A stretch of 64,000 nt of DNA, from contig MNFJ01000105.1 in NCBI GenBank assembly GCA_001918155.1, positions 7,299-71,298 on the forward strand, written 5' to 3'. Both the position numbers and the translations under genes were made by a program. The notes under the pieces are model-generated. The model saw only the letters and a list, made by a program, of their open reading frames with translations, had not been told where the DNA came from and did no database searches. Position 1 is the stretch's first letter; every line of letters starts with the position of its first letter. Positions 18,757 to 27,853 of the stretch are shown here, piece by piece. Source of the DNA: Deltaproteobacteria bacterium 13_1_40CM_4_68_19 (GTDB lineage: Bacteria > Myxococcota > Myxococcia > Myxococcales > 40CM-4-68-19).

Positions 18757-19334
18757 GGGTTCAGCAGCGTCCTCGTCCAGGCCCCCTGCGCGGAGGCACG
18801 GGTGTACAGCTCGCGCTCGTGCAGCCGCCCGGGGCGGTTCCACCAGAACTCCACGGAAAGGGGCACCACGCGATAGCCGGACCAGTGCGGCGGCCGCGGG
18901 ACCGTCTTTGCCTGGTAGCGGCGCTCGAGCTCTGCGAACCTCCCCTCCAGCTCTTCCCGTGAGCGCAGCGGGGCGCTTTGATCGGATGCCCAGGCGCCCA
19001 GCTGCGAGAGCCGCGGCCTGGTCGCGAAGTATGCGTCCGCTTCCGCCTCGCTCACCAGCACCGCCTTCCCTTCGAAGCGGACCTGCGACTCGAGATGCGG
19101 CCACCAGAACGTGAGCGATACGTCCGGGCGCGCGGCGATGTCTCGCCCCTTGCGCGAGCGGGTGTTCGTGTAGAAGACCAGGCCCTGCGCGTCGACCCCC
19201 TTCAGCAGCACGACCCTGCCCGACGGGCGGCCGTCCGCGCCTACGGTCGAGAGCGTCATCCCGGTCGGGTCGGCGATCGAGGGAGTCTGCTTGGCCCGCT
19301 CCAGGAGCTCGACGAATCGCGCGATCGGATCCAT
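18753..19334 (-). CDS. pdxH: Pyridoxamine 5'-phosphate oxidase
   Basis: 193 aa. RVVLLKGVD..GLVFYTN..SRKG, VEFWWNRPGRLHER and a C-terminal ..W.R..L.P pattern. Confidence 0.9.
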   Translation of the reverse strand: MDPIARFVELLERAKQTPSIADPTGMTLSTVGADGRPSGRVVLLKGVDAQGLVFYTNTRSRKGRDIAARPDVSLTFWWPHLESQVRFEGKAVLVSEAEADAYFATRPRLSQLGAWASDQSAPLRSREELEGRFAELERRYQAKTVPRPPHWSGYRVVPLSVEFWWNRPGRLHERELYTRASAQGAWTRTLLNP

Positions 19335-19430
19335 ATCGGCTCGCTCTTGTAACAGGCTCGAGCCGGTAACGTAGCAGCGTTCGCTGAAATTCTCCGTTTT
19401 TCCCTGCCCTGCTGATGTTAATCAGGCGCA

Positions 19431-20219
19431 GTGGAGTCGCTTCTCGCCCGCCTCGAGCGCCGCTTCGGCCGGCACGCGCCGGAGGGCATCATCCTCTGGA
19501 TCGTCGGAATCTCGGGTGCGCTGCACCTTCTCGTCTTCGCCCGCCCTGACGTGGCGCACCTGCTCTGGCTCTACCCCGATGCCGTCTTGCGCGGCGAGGT
19601 CTGGCGCGTCGTCACGTTCCTGTTCGCGCCGACGGGACCGGTCACCGGTTACGGCCTGCTCTGGACCGCGATCGGGCTCTGGTTCCTGCACACGATGGGC
19701 AGCGCCCTGGAGGCGCAATGGGGCAGCTTTCGCTTCGATCTCTTCTTCTTTCTCGGCGCGCTCGGGACACTCGCCGTCGGCTTCGCCCTCGGCCCGGTGA
19801 GCGGGCGATACGTCGCCGAAGCCCTGCTGCTCGCTTTCGCGGCGGAGTTCCCGGATTTCGAAGTGCTGCTGCTGATCCTGCCGGTGAAGGTGAAGTATCT
19901 GGGCCTGTTCAGCGGCGGCCTGATGGTCTACGCGCTGATCAGCGGAGATTTCGCCACCCGAGCCGCTGTCGCGGTAGCGCTCGGCGACTTTCTCATCTTC
20001 TGCGGCGGCACGCTGCGCTCACGAATGCGCGGCGCGAGGGTGATGCGGCCAAAGGTCGCGCCCGCGTTTGCTCCGCCGCCGCGAAAGGCGCGCGTGTGCG
20101 CGAAGTGCGGCAAGAGCGATGCGGACGACCCAAATCTCGAATTCCGCGTCTGCGACTGCCAGGAGCGGTGCCACGGCAAGCTGACCGAATACTGCCTGGA
20201 GCACGCGCGCTCGCACTGA
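19431..20219 (+). CDS. Rhomboid-like multi-pass membrane protein with C-terminal Cys-rich zinc-ribbon tail
   Basis: EVWRVVTFLFAP..GSALEAQWGSFRF resembles rhomboid TM2/L1 motifs. No clear catalytic His, so possibly inactive. C-terminus: CAKCGK..CDCQERCHGKLTEYC. Confidence 0.5.
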   Translation: MESLLARLERRFGRHAPEGIILWIVGISGALHLLVFARPDVAHLLWLYPDAVLRGEVWRVVTFLFAPTGPVTGYGLLWTAIGLWFLHTMGSALEAQWGSFRFDLFFFLGALGTLAVGFALGPVSGRYVAEALLLAFAAEFPDFEVLLLILPVKVKYLGLFSGGLMVYALISGDFATRAAVAVALGDFLIFCGGTLRSRMRGARVMRPKVAPAFAPPPRKARVCAKCGKSDADDPNLEFRVCDCQERCHGKLTEYCLEHARSH

Positions 20220-20243
20220 CCGGTCGCCTTCGGACCGTTTCAC
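20220..20243 (+). terminator. Weak hairpin + T-run after the rhomboid-like gene
   Basis: ccggtc-gccttc-ggaccg followed by ttt. Short stem, so low confidence. Confidence 0.3.
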
Positions 20244-20255
20244 GACCGGCTACAA

Positions 20256-20294
20256 CCCAAAAACGCAGGCGCAAACCCGCACCTCCGGTGCGGG
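20256..20294 (-). terminator. Rho-independent terminator candidate for gene 20300..20659
   Basis: On the minus strand: cccgcacc-gga-ggtgcggg (8-bp stem) followed by tttgcgcctgcgttttt. Confidence 0.5.
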
Positions 20295-20299
20295 AGCGC

Positions 20300-20659
20300 C
20301 TAGCAGAAGGGCCAGCGGGGTCGCCACCCCAAGCGGGTGAATTGGACCTGCGTCTGCAGCGGGGTCCCGATCAGGACGATGCGCAGCGTTCCTGCGACGT
20401 AGTGGATGGAGGCGAGCGGCACGAGGACGCCCGAAGACAGCTCGGTCTCGTCCATCCGCGCCGTCGGACTGGTCACGAAGAACAGGGGATCGGAAGCGTC
20501 GCGCCAGGGCTGCGGCGCGAATACGCCCGAGCAGACGCGCTCTTCAGGAGTGATCGAGAGGGAGAGCTGTGCGCGAGCGGACACGCTGGTCACTTCAGCC
20601 CGCGCGACGGATGAGGCGAACAGCATCGAAATGGTCAAAAACCCCGCGAGACGCCGCAT
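20300..20659 (-). CDS. Small hypothetical secreted protein
   Basis: 119 aa. Signal peptide MRRLAGFLTISMLFASSVARA. No known motif. Confidence 0.5.
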   Translation of the reverse strand: MRRLAGFLTISMLFASSVARAEVTSVSARAQLSLSITPEERVCSGVFAPQPWRDASDPLFFVTSPTARMDETELSSGVLVPLASIHYVAGTLRIVLIGTPLQTQVQFTRLGWRPRWPFC

Positions 20660-20742
20660 GGCGGCCTCCTGACATCAAACCCATACTTGTGATGCCGCGG
20701 TGTCAACGCGGGTTCAGCCCAAGTGTGCGCGGGCAGGCGCTC

Positions 20743-21465
20743 TCATCCGAGCTCGCCGTTCACGTGCAGGACCACGGCGAGCGCTGCGAGTCCCGCCGTT
20801 TCCGTGCGCAATACGAGCGGACCCATCGCGACGCTCAGGAAGCCGTTCTCCTGCGCGCGCCGCCGTTCTTCCGGCGAGAAGCCGCCCTCGGGACCGACCG
20901 CGATCAGGACCCTGGACAGGCCGCGCGCAGCGTCGCCGAGGCGCACCGCGCCTTCGCCGGGATCGAGCAGGAGCGCGCGTCGGTCGGGTTCCGAGCGGAG
21001 CAGCGACACGACGCCGTCCCAGCCGAGAGGCTCGTCGACGCGCGGGACATCTGCCCGACCGCACTGCCGGGCCGCTTCCTGCGCGATCCGGCGCCACCGC
21101 TCCGCTCGCGCCTCGCCGCGGCCCCGCTCGAGGCGGACGATCGCGCGCTCCGACGCGAGCGGCACGACGCGCGTCGCTCCGAGCTCGGTGGCCTTCTTGA
21201 CCACGAGATCCATCTTCTCGCCTTTCGCCAGCGCCTGGACGAGAACGGCATCGACGCGGCGGCGCTCGGAGGGCAGCGCCTCCCGGATCTCCAGCTCGTC
21301 CCCGGCGAGCACGGCGCGGAACCGCCCGCCGCGCCCGTCGAACACCTCGAGCTCCGCTCCGCTCTGCAAGCGAAGGACGGCGACGAGATGGCGCGACTGC
21401 TCCGCAGCCAGCTTCACGCGCGCCGAAGCAGCCAGCTGGTCCGGCGGCACGAACAGGCGGTGCAT
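20743..21465 (-). CDS. rsmE: 16S rRNA (uracil1498-N3)-methyltransferase
   Basis: 240 aa from ATG 21465 (MHRLFVP..). KGEKMDLVVKKATELGA and IAVGPEGGFSPEE are RsmE hallmarks. Confidence 0.85.
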   Translation of the reverse strand: MHRLFVPPDQLAASARVKLAAEQSRHLVAVLRLQSGAELEVFDGRGGRFRAVLAGDELEIREALPSERRRVDAVLVQALAKGEKMDLVVKKATELGATRVVPLASERAIVRLERGRGEARAERWRRIAQEAARQCGRADVPRVDEPLGWDGVVSLLRSEPDRRALLLDPGEGAVRLGDAARGLSRVLIAVGPEGGFSPEERRRAQENGFLSVAMGPLVLRTETAGLAALAVVLHVNGELG

Positions 21466-21467
21466 CG

Positions 21468-22316
21468 TCACGGCCGGGAAAGCTCGACGCGCACCCAGCC
21501 TTCGCGTTCCTTGCGGGCGGAGGGGCGCAGGCCCTGCGCGACGTAAGCGCGCTCGGCCGCATCGCCCTGGGCGGCGAGGAGGCCGCAGAGGACGAGCCGC
21601 CCGCCATCGGCGACCTTGCTGGCCATCGCGGGCGCCAGGTCCTCGAGGGTATTGAGCAGGATGTTCGCGATCACGATCTCGAACCGGCCCGGCACTGCCG
21701 CTGGGTCGTCGGCGAGCATCCATTCGATGCCTTCGATCCCGTTCAGCGCAGCGCCTTGCCGGGCAGCCTCCAGCGCCACTGCATCGTTTTCCGTTCCCAC
21801 CACCCGTCCGGCGCCCAGCATCTTCGCGAGCAGCGCGATGACGCCGCTGCCGGTGCCGACGTCGAGCACGTCGGCTCCGGGGAACCGGTAGAGGAGCTCG
21901 TCGCAGCGCTCGAGACAGAGAGCAGTCGTCGGATGGCTTCCGGTGCCGAATGCCATCCCGGGATCGATGGCCACGGCCACGCCCGAGAGCGGCGGTTTCT
22001 CCCATGGGGGACGGACCCAGGAGCGGGGGCCGACTTGCATCGATCGGTGGTGCGTGCGCCAGGCGACGCTCCAGTCCTGCTCGGGAACCTCGACGGGGGG
22101 CTCCGCGCCGAAGAACAGCGCCGATTCCGAGGCTGCCTCCGCGTCGGCGAAGTGGGCGATGGCGCGCCCGCAGCCGTCCGGCAAGGGCGGCGTCCCAGGC
22201 ATCAGCGGCATCCCCGGCTCCTGCAACTCGACTCCCAATGCGCCGTGGTCGAACAGCTGGACGGCACGGATCTCGAGGTCCTCGGGGGGCGCGAGCAGGA
22301 CCAGCGCCCAGCTCAC
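21468..22316 (-). CDS. prmA: Ribosomal protein L11 methyltransferase
   Basis: IDPGMAFGTGSHPTTALCLE and VLDVGTGSGVIA. GTG 22316 overlaps the stop of the M16 gene (GTGA). Confidence 0.85.
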   Translation of the reverse strand: MSWALVLLAPPEDLEIRAVQLFDHGALGVELQEPGMPLMPGTPPLPDGCGRAIAHFADAEAASESALFFGAEPPVEVPEQDWSVAWRTHHRSMQVGPRSWVRPPWEKPPLSGVAVAIDPGMAFGTGSHPTTALCLERCDELLYRFPGADVLDVGTGSGVIALLAKMLGAGRVVGTENDAVALEAARQGAALNGIEGIEWMLADDPAAVPGRFEIVIANILLNTLEDLAPAMASKVADGGRLVLCGLLAAQGDAAERAYVAQGLRPSARKEREGWVRVELSRP

Positions 22317-24922
22317 CGGCGAAGCTCCGCGGGAACCGCTCCCTCCGGGGCGACCAGCGCGATCACCTCGCGCGATGGCATGAGCACCCGCTGCGCCGTG
22401 GCCAGGACGTCCGCCGTGCTCACCGCGGATACGTTCGCCGCATATCTCGTGGAGGCCTCCGCCCCGAGGCCGTAGCACTCGTCGAACCCGTAGACAGCCG
22501 CGCGCGCCGAATTGCGCTGCAGCGAGATGGCGTGGGTGCCGATCAGGTGCGTGCGCGCCCGCTCCAGCTCCGCGGCCGCAATCGGTTCCTCGCGCAGTCG
22601 GCGCAGCTCGTTTCGGATCCCCTCCAGGGCCTCGGCCACCTTGCCGGGTCCGCAGCCGATGTAGACGGCGAAATACCCGGGATCGAGACCTTCCATGGAG
22701 AAGCTGGTCACGCTGTAGGCGAGGCTCCGCTTGTCGCGAAGCTCGACGAAGAGCCGCCCGCCCTGGCCGGAGAGGACTGCCGAAAGCACTTCCAGCGGCC
22801 AGCGAGATTCGTCCGAAAGGCGCGCGCCGGGGAACCCGACGACGAGATGCGCCTGCGCCTTGTCCAGCGTCTTCACGGCGAAGCGCGGAGCCTGCGGCGG
22901 CTCTTCCCCGGCCGGCGCGATCGCGCCGCGCGCCGCTGGCGCCGCGGTCAGCGTTCGCCGGACCCGCTCGCGCACTTCCTCCGGATCCACATCGCCGACG
23001 ATCGAGAGCGTGACCGCTGCCGCGGGGTACTGCCTTGCGCGGTATTGCGCGAGCAGTCCCGGCTCGAGGCGGGCCACGCTGCTCTCGGTGCCGAGCGTGT
23101 CGAAGCGGTACGGATGGCTGCGGTAGAGCGTTTCACCGAAGAGCAGGAAGGCGACTCCGGCCGGATTGTCCTCGCGCGATCGGAGCTCGTCGATCTGCAG
23201 CATGCGCTCGCGTTGGACCTCCTCGGGATGGAAGGCAGGGGCAGAGATGGCGTCGGCGAAGACGTCGAATCCCTCTGCCAGATGCCGCGAGAGGAACTCT
23301 GCGCGCAGCCCGAAGCTGTTGCGGCCGGCATTCCCGCCGATGGAGCCGCCCATGGCCTCCATCTCCCGCACCAGGCGCTCCGGTCCCCGTGTCTGCGTTC
23401 CTTTGGAGACGAGGCGCGCGAGCAGCATGTTGATGCCCGCATTCGAAGCATCCTCGGCGCGCAGCCCGCCCCGCCACGCGGCGCGCAGCGCGACCAGCGG
23501 GACGGCACGCTCCTCCTTGATCAAGAGCACGCCGCCTCCGGGCAGCTCCTCGCGCAGCAGGGGTCCGGTCTTCGGGTGCTCCGCAAACCTCACCGGCGCG
23601 CGCTTTTCCGGCGCGGCCGACGACGAGGGCGCTCGCGGCCGGCGCTGTCGCGCCGCTTCCTCCAGCAGCTCGAGCAGCTCGCCTTCAGAAGGCGCGTTCA
23701 GCTCGGGAAGGAGGGCCGCGAGCACCGCGGCCGACGGATCGATCCAACGTTCCGCCGCGTCGCGCAGCCGCACCGGCGTGAGCCGTGAGACCTGCTCCAG
23801 GTAGCGCTGCTCGAACTCCACGCCGGAAGCGCTCGACTGGTAGAAGCCGAGTTTGCGCGCTTGGCCCTGCACCGTTTCGCGCTGGTACACCGCGTCGCCT
23901 TCCAGCAGACGGCAGGCGATGGAGAGCTCCTCGGCCGTCACCTCCTCGCTGCGGAGGCGGTAGGTCTGGGTCAGCGCCTCGCGCACCGCCTCGCGGGCGT
24001 TCGCGGGCTGCAGGGTCAGCCCGACGATGGTGAGGCCGGGATCGACCGGGGTGTAGCAGCTCGCCTGGACCTCGGTGCAGAGGAGCCGATCGCGCTTCAT
24101 CGCCCGATGCAACCGCGAAGCCTCGCCGTGGCCGAGCACGATGGCGAGCGCGTCCAGGGCAGCCACGTCCTCGTGCACCAGCGGCGGCGAAGGCCAGGCG
24201 ATGGAAAGGTATCCTTCCTTGAGCGGCTCCTTCCGCAGCCGAGCCAGCGGCACTTCCCGGTGCGGCTCCGCAGGGCGCGCCGGCGCGGCCTCGAACGGCC
24301 CGGGCGGCCAGGCGAAGAGCTTCTGCGCCAGCCGGACCGCCTCCGCTTCGCGCACGTCGCCGACGACGATCACGACGATGTTCTCCGGCTTGTACCACCG
24401 CCGGTAGAACCGGAGGATGCCCTCGCGCCTGAAGCTGCGCACGCTCTCTTCCGTCCCGATCACCGGCTTGCCATAGGGATGGCGGGAAAACGCCGAGGCG
24501 AACAGCTCGCGCGAGAGCTTTCGCGTCGGGGAGTCCATGCTGCGCTTGATCTCCTCGCACACGACCTCGATCTCGCGCTGCAGCTCGCCCGGATCGAAGG
24601 CGGCGCTCGTCACCGCGTCGGCGAGCACGTCCATGCCTTCGGCGAAGAACTGCGACGCCAGCACGAGGTGGTAGACGGTCTGGTCGAAGCTCGTCCACGC
24701 GTTGATCTCGCCGCCGCACGCCTCGATGGTGCGGGCGATCTCCCCAGGCCCGCGTCGCGCAGTGCCCTTGAAGAGCATGTGCTCGTGCAGATGCGCCAGG
24801 CCCGCCTCGTCGGCGCGCTCGTCCGCGCTTCCGACGCGCACCCAGACCTGGATGGCGACCACCGGCGCCGCGTGGTTCTCCTCGACCAGCAGCGTCAGCC
24901 CATTGGGCAGCATGTGTCTCAC
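22313..24922 (-). CDS. M16 (pitrilysin) family zinc peptidase, double-length (two M16 units)
   Basis: 869 aa. Inverted zinc motif HLHEHMLFKG near the N-terminus, and a second inactive-type M16 half. Start is GTG 24922 or ATG 24913. Confidence 0.85.
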   Translation of the reverse strand: MRHMLPNGLTLLVEENHAAPVVAIQVWVRVGSADERADEAGLAHLHEHMLFKGTARRGPGEIARTIEACGGEINAWTSFDQTVYHLVLASQFFAEGMDVLADAVTSAAFDPGELQREIEVVCEEIKRSMDSPTRKLSRELFASAFSRHPYGKPVIGTEESVRSFRREGILRFYRRWYKPENIVVIVVGDVREAEAVRLAQKLFAWPPGPFEAAPARPAEPHREVPLARLRKEPLKEGYLSIAWPSPPLVHEDVAALDALAIVLGHGEASRLHRAMKRDRLLCTEVQASCYTPVDPGLTIVGLTLQPANAREAVREALTQTYRLRSEEVTAEELSIACRLLEGDAVYQRETVQGQARKLGFYQSSASGVEFEQRYLEQVSRLTPVRLRDAAERWIDPSAAVLAALLPELNAPSEGELLELLEEAARQRRPRAPSSSAAPEKRAPVRFAEHPKTGPLLREELPGGGVLLIKEERAVPLVALRAAWRGGLRAEDASNAGINMLLARLVSKGTQTRGPERLVREMEAMGGSIGGNAGRNSFGLRAEFLSRHLAEGFDVFADAISAPAFHPEEVQRERMLQIDELRSREDNPAGVAFLLFGETLYRSHPYRFDTLGTESSVARLEPGLLAQYRARQYPAAAVTLSIVGDVDPEEVRERVRRTLTAAPAARGAIAPAGEEPPQAPRFAVKTLDKAQAHLVVGFPGARLSDESRWPLEVLSAVLSGQGGRLFVELRDKRSLAYSVTSFSMEGLDPGYFAVYIGCGPGKVAEALEGIRNELRRLREEPIAAAELERARTHLIGTHAISLQRNSARAAVYGFDECYGLGAEASTRYAANVSAVSTADVLATAQRVLMPSREVIALVAPEGAVPAELRR

Positions 24923-24979
24923 GCAACAGAGGGTAGCAGCGGCGTGGCCGCCGCGCCGCGACTTTCGCCTGGAGGTCGC

Positions 24980-25183
24980 CTACAGATCGGCGGGGCGCAG
25001 CGTGCTGCGCCCGTTCTCCTTGGCCCGCGACACGGCCTTCTCCACCGCGGCCCGGACGTGTTCCGACAGTGCCGAGATGAACTCGTCCGAGGTGCGCATC
25101 TCCTTCTCCCGGATCAGATCGCGAACCTTGCTCTGCACGATCAGAAGGCCAACGTCCTTTTTCGCCTCGATGTTCTCGCCCAT
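24980..25183 (-). CDS. Histone-fold singlet protein (DUF1931/HBb-like candidate bacterial histone)
   Basis: 67 aa: MGENIEAKKDVGLLIVQSKVRDLIREKEMRTSDEFISALSEHVRAAVEKAVSRAKENGRSTLRPADL. Helix-loop-helix-loop-helix layout with a GR.T loop motif. From memory, closely resembles Bdellovibrio Bd0055. Confidence 0.65.
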   Translation of the reverse strand: MGENIEAKKDVGLLIVQSKVRDLIREKEMRTSDEFISALSEHVRAAVEKAVSRAKENGRSTLRPADL

Positions 25184-25192
25184 GGCGCGCTG

Positions 25193-25220
25193 CTCTAACA
25201 GACGCCCCGCCCGCTTTCAA
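25193..25220 (-). promoter_or_regulatory. Sigma70-like promoter candidate for the histone-fold gene (TTGAAA-16-TTAGAG)
   Basis: On the minus strand: TTGAAAgcgggcggggcgtctgTTAGAGcagcgcgccATG. The -10 element ends 9 nt before the ATG and there is no SD, which implies a leaderless or near-leaderless mRNA. Confidence 0.35.
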
Positions 25221-26107
25221 CGCGCAGCGCCGAGGAACGCGCGCGCCGCCTCGAAGTCCGGGGGCAGGGGCGCCTCGACGTTCATCTCGAAGCCCGCGGG
25301 ATGACGCAGCCCTATCGAGAGCGCGTGGAGCATCGGACGGCTGACGTCGTGCCGCGCGCCAGAGGGGCGTGTGAGAATGACCTCGCCGCCGTTCGCTTTG
25401 TCGCCGAGCAGCGGACATCCCAGATCGCGCAGGTGCAGGCGGATCTGGTGCGTCCGCCCGGTCTCCGGGAGCGCCGCGATCATGGCGGCGCTGACGTAGC
25501 GCTCGACCACGCGCCATTTCGTCAGCGCCGGCCGCGACCCGACGGAACTGTCGTTGACGCCTTCATCGCCGGAGGGCGGAGGCGAGACCAGCGCGCGATA
25601 CTCCTTGCGCACCCGGTGGGCGCGGAATTCCAGCAGGAGCGCCGCCTGCGCGCGCCGGGTACGCGCGAGGACGGTGACTCCGGTCGTGCCGCGGTCGAGG
25701 CGGTGAACGAGCAGCGCCTGCGACTGCCCTTCGCCGAGCTCCCGCAAGAGCGCGCTGCAGAGTTCGGGCAGCGCGGGACCGCCGGCGAGATCCTGTTGCG
25801 CCGCCACTCCCGCGGGCTTGTCGACGGCGAGCACCTGCTCGTCCAGATGGAGGACGCGGTCACGACCCAGCGGGGAGACATCCGGCGCCTGCAGCGCCAG
25901 CTCGACCCGATCTCCGACGTGGAGCGCGATCGTCGGGTCCGGTACGCGTTTGCCGCGGACGAACGCGCCGCCTCTCGCGATCGCCGCACGCGCCAGCTCC
26001 TCGCCGACTCCGCCGCGGCGAACCAGGAAGCCGAGAAGCGGTTCGTCGCGATCGGCGACCAGCCGCAGGCGGGCCGGGAGCCGCTTCAGGTCTCGGCCTT
26101 TCGGCAC
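25217..26107 (-). CDS. RluA-family pseudouridine synthase
   Basis: 296 aa. S4-like N-terminus and catalytic motif LVHRLDRGTTGV, then HQIRLHL. Confidence 0.85.
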   Translation of the reverse strand: MPKGRDLKRLPARLRLVADRDEPLLGFLVRRGGVGEELARAAIARGGAFVRGKRVPDPTIALHVGDRVELALQAPDVSPLGRDRVLHLDEQVLAVDKPAGVAAQQDLAGGPALPELCSALLRELGEGQSQALLVHRLDRGTTGVTVLARTRRAQAALLLEFRAHRVRKEYRALVSPPPSGDEGVNDSSVGSRPALTKWRVVERYVSAAMIAALPETGRTHQIRLHLRDLGCPLLGDKANGGEVILTRPSGARHDVSRPMLHALSIGLRHPAGFEMNVEAPLPPDFEAARAFLGAAR

Positions 26108-26151
26108 AACTCATCTCTTCGGACCAACCGCCAAGCACGCCAAGTTTGAGT

Positions 26152-26502
26152 CTAGCCTTTCTCGACGACCCGGACGGGAAACTTGCTGAGCGCCGAGCAG
26201 ACCATGCCGCCGGGGCCGGCGATCAGATCGAAGAATACCCCTCGCGGGGCGAGGGCGACGGCGCCGGGCCCGAGCGGAATGCGCAATTCGTTGCCGGCGG
26301 CGATGGTCTCCAGGATCAGCTCACCGGCGCCCTGCACGCAGACGAATGCGCGGTCCGCGTCCGGATGCTTCTTCCAGCCCAGCGTCTGGCCGCCCTTGAG
26401 ATAGACGCCGTCCACCAGGAGCTGGTCCGTCTTCACGGCGTGCAGGACGTTGGGCTTGTCCTCCGAGTACCGCGCATCGGTGATCAGGTTCACGCTCTGC
26501 AC
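26152..26502 (-). CDS. Cupin domain protein
   Basis: 116 aa. ..GWKKHPDADRAFVCVQGAGELILE.. is compatible with the cupin beta-barrel motif. Confidence 0.55.
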   Translation of the reverse strand: MQSVNLITDARYSEDKPNVLHAVKTDQLLVDGVYLKGGQTLGWKKHPDADRAFVCVQGAGELILETIAAGNELRIPLGPGAVALAPRGVFFDLIAGPGGMVCSALSKFPVRVVEKG

Positions 26503-26529
26503 GTTTCTCTCCCGAGAACGTCGTCGGGC

Positions 26530-27303
26530 CTAGAACTTCGCCGGGGCGGGCGTGGCCGACTTGTTGAACAGGAACTTGGTGATTCCCCAGCCGACGATCA
26601 CGAAGACGATGGCCACCACCCACGCCGCATCGGCGCCGTACACGGTCGGGAAATGGTTCGACACCATGAAGAAGATCAGGGGGAAGGACATGTACGTGTT
26701 GTGCTTGCTGCGCAGGGAAGCGATCGCCGGGATCGAGGGATCAGCCGCTGGCCCGGTCCCTTTCACGCCCGCGATGATCTTCCGCTGGTTCGGCCAGATC
26801 CGCATCCAGACGTTGGCCGCCATGATGGTGCCGAACAGGCTTCCGGCATAGATGAAGACTGCGCGGCCGCCCATGAACAGGTGGAAGATGAAGACCACCA
26901 GCGCGAAGAGGACCAGCGAAACGATCATGCCGGTGGTCTCGTTCTTCATGTTCTTCCAGAGGAGGTCGTAGACGACGAACCCGATGAGCACGATCAAGAG
27001 GCCGATCCCTCCGGACCCGTAGCTGGACATGCGGTCGTTGCCCATCGCGTTCCCCGCCCAGTAGACCACCCAGAGCAAGAGGATGCCGCTCACCCAGGTG
27101 TACGCGGCGCCCCAGCGGAACCAGTAGAGGGCGCGCGGCATGAGCTCGGGCACCACTTTCTTGCGCGAGTCCGCGTCGTAGGTCTTCGCGAGCTGGGCAT
27201 TGACGAAGTTGAAGAACCAGAGATGGCCAATCCACATCACGCCCGCGAGGACGTGGATCCAGCGGAAGACGAGGTTCAGCCACTCGTTCAGATTGGAGTC
27301 CAT
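26530..27303 (-). CDS. Multi-pass membrane protein resembling the membrane domain of urate hydroxylase PuuD
   Basis: 257 aa. N-terminus WLNLVFRWIHVLAGVMWIGHLWFFNFVN and later MRIWPNQRKII. Functional call is from memory of the family only. Locally lower GC than the neighbours. Confidence 0.45.
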   Translation of the reverse strand: MDSNLNEWLNLVFRWIHVLAGVMWIGHLWFFNFVNAQLAKTYDADSRKKVVPELMPRALYWFRWGAAYTWVSGILLLWVVYWAGNAMGNDRMSSYGSGGIGLLIVLIGFVVYDLLWKNMKNETTGMIVSLVLFALVVFIFHLFMGGRAVFIYAGSLFGTIMAANVWMRIWPNQRKIIAGVKGTGPAADPSIPAIASLRSKHNTYMSFPLIFFMVSNHFPTVYGADAAWVVAIVFVIVGWGITKFLFNKSATPAPAKF

Positions 27304-27434
27304 CGACCCTCCCCCGGGAGAACGCCGGTTTCGGCGCGCACACTACCGTCCCGGGATCGCTCCGTCGAGAGAGATCCGACGAAGAGAGCGAGCGCCCGCC
27401 GCACGCGCGCCGCGCCGTGCGCATCTTCCGGCGC

Positions 27435-27821
27435 ATGAAACGGTACGAACCGAAGCGCTTTCCGAGGCTGAAGGGACTGTCTGGAATCTCCGACGGACTG
27501 CTGCAGGACCACTTCAAGCTGTACGAGGGCTACGTCAAGAACGTGAACGAGCTCACCGTCCATCTCGAGGCCCTGGCGAAGGAAGGCAAGGCCAAAGGCA
27601 CGAATCCGGCCTTCGCGGGAATCACCCGGCAGCTCGGATTCGAATACGGCGGCATGGTGCTGCACGAGCTGTACTTCGGGAACCTGGCGCCGGAGCCGGA
27701 CCCGCTGAGCAAGGCGGGCCCCCTGGCGCAGGCGCTTGCCCAAGGCTTTGGCAGCGTGGAGGCCTGGCTCGACGACTTCAAGGCGATCGCAGCGATGCGC
27801 GGGGTGGGTTGGGCGGGCTTG
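27435..27821 (+). pseudogene. Fe/Mn superoxide dismutase-like gene, 3'-truncated (C-terminal metal-ligand region absent)
   Basis: MKRYEPKRFPRLKGLSGISDGLLQDHFKLYEGYVKNVNEL..YGGMVLHELYFGNL..FGSVEAWLDDFKAIAAMRGVGWAGL, after which the similarity stops. The expected ..D..EHAY.. segment is missing. The in-frame continuation (RGAADQVNSSSCCASC..) runs into the next gene. Confidence 0.5.
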
Positions 27822-27853
27822 CGAGGCGCGGCTGATCAAGTAAACAGCAGCTC

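Noticed and set aside
26530-27303. Lower-GC membrane-protein gene as a horizontally acquired island
   Set aside because: The drop in GC is modest and consistent with a hydrophobic (Phe/Ile/Leu/Met/Trp/Asn-rich) protein composition. The flanking genes are ordinary and there are no repeats or mobility genes at the borders.
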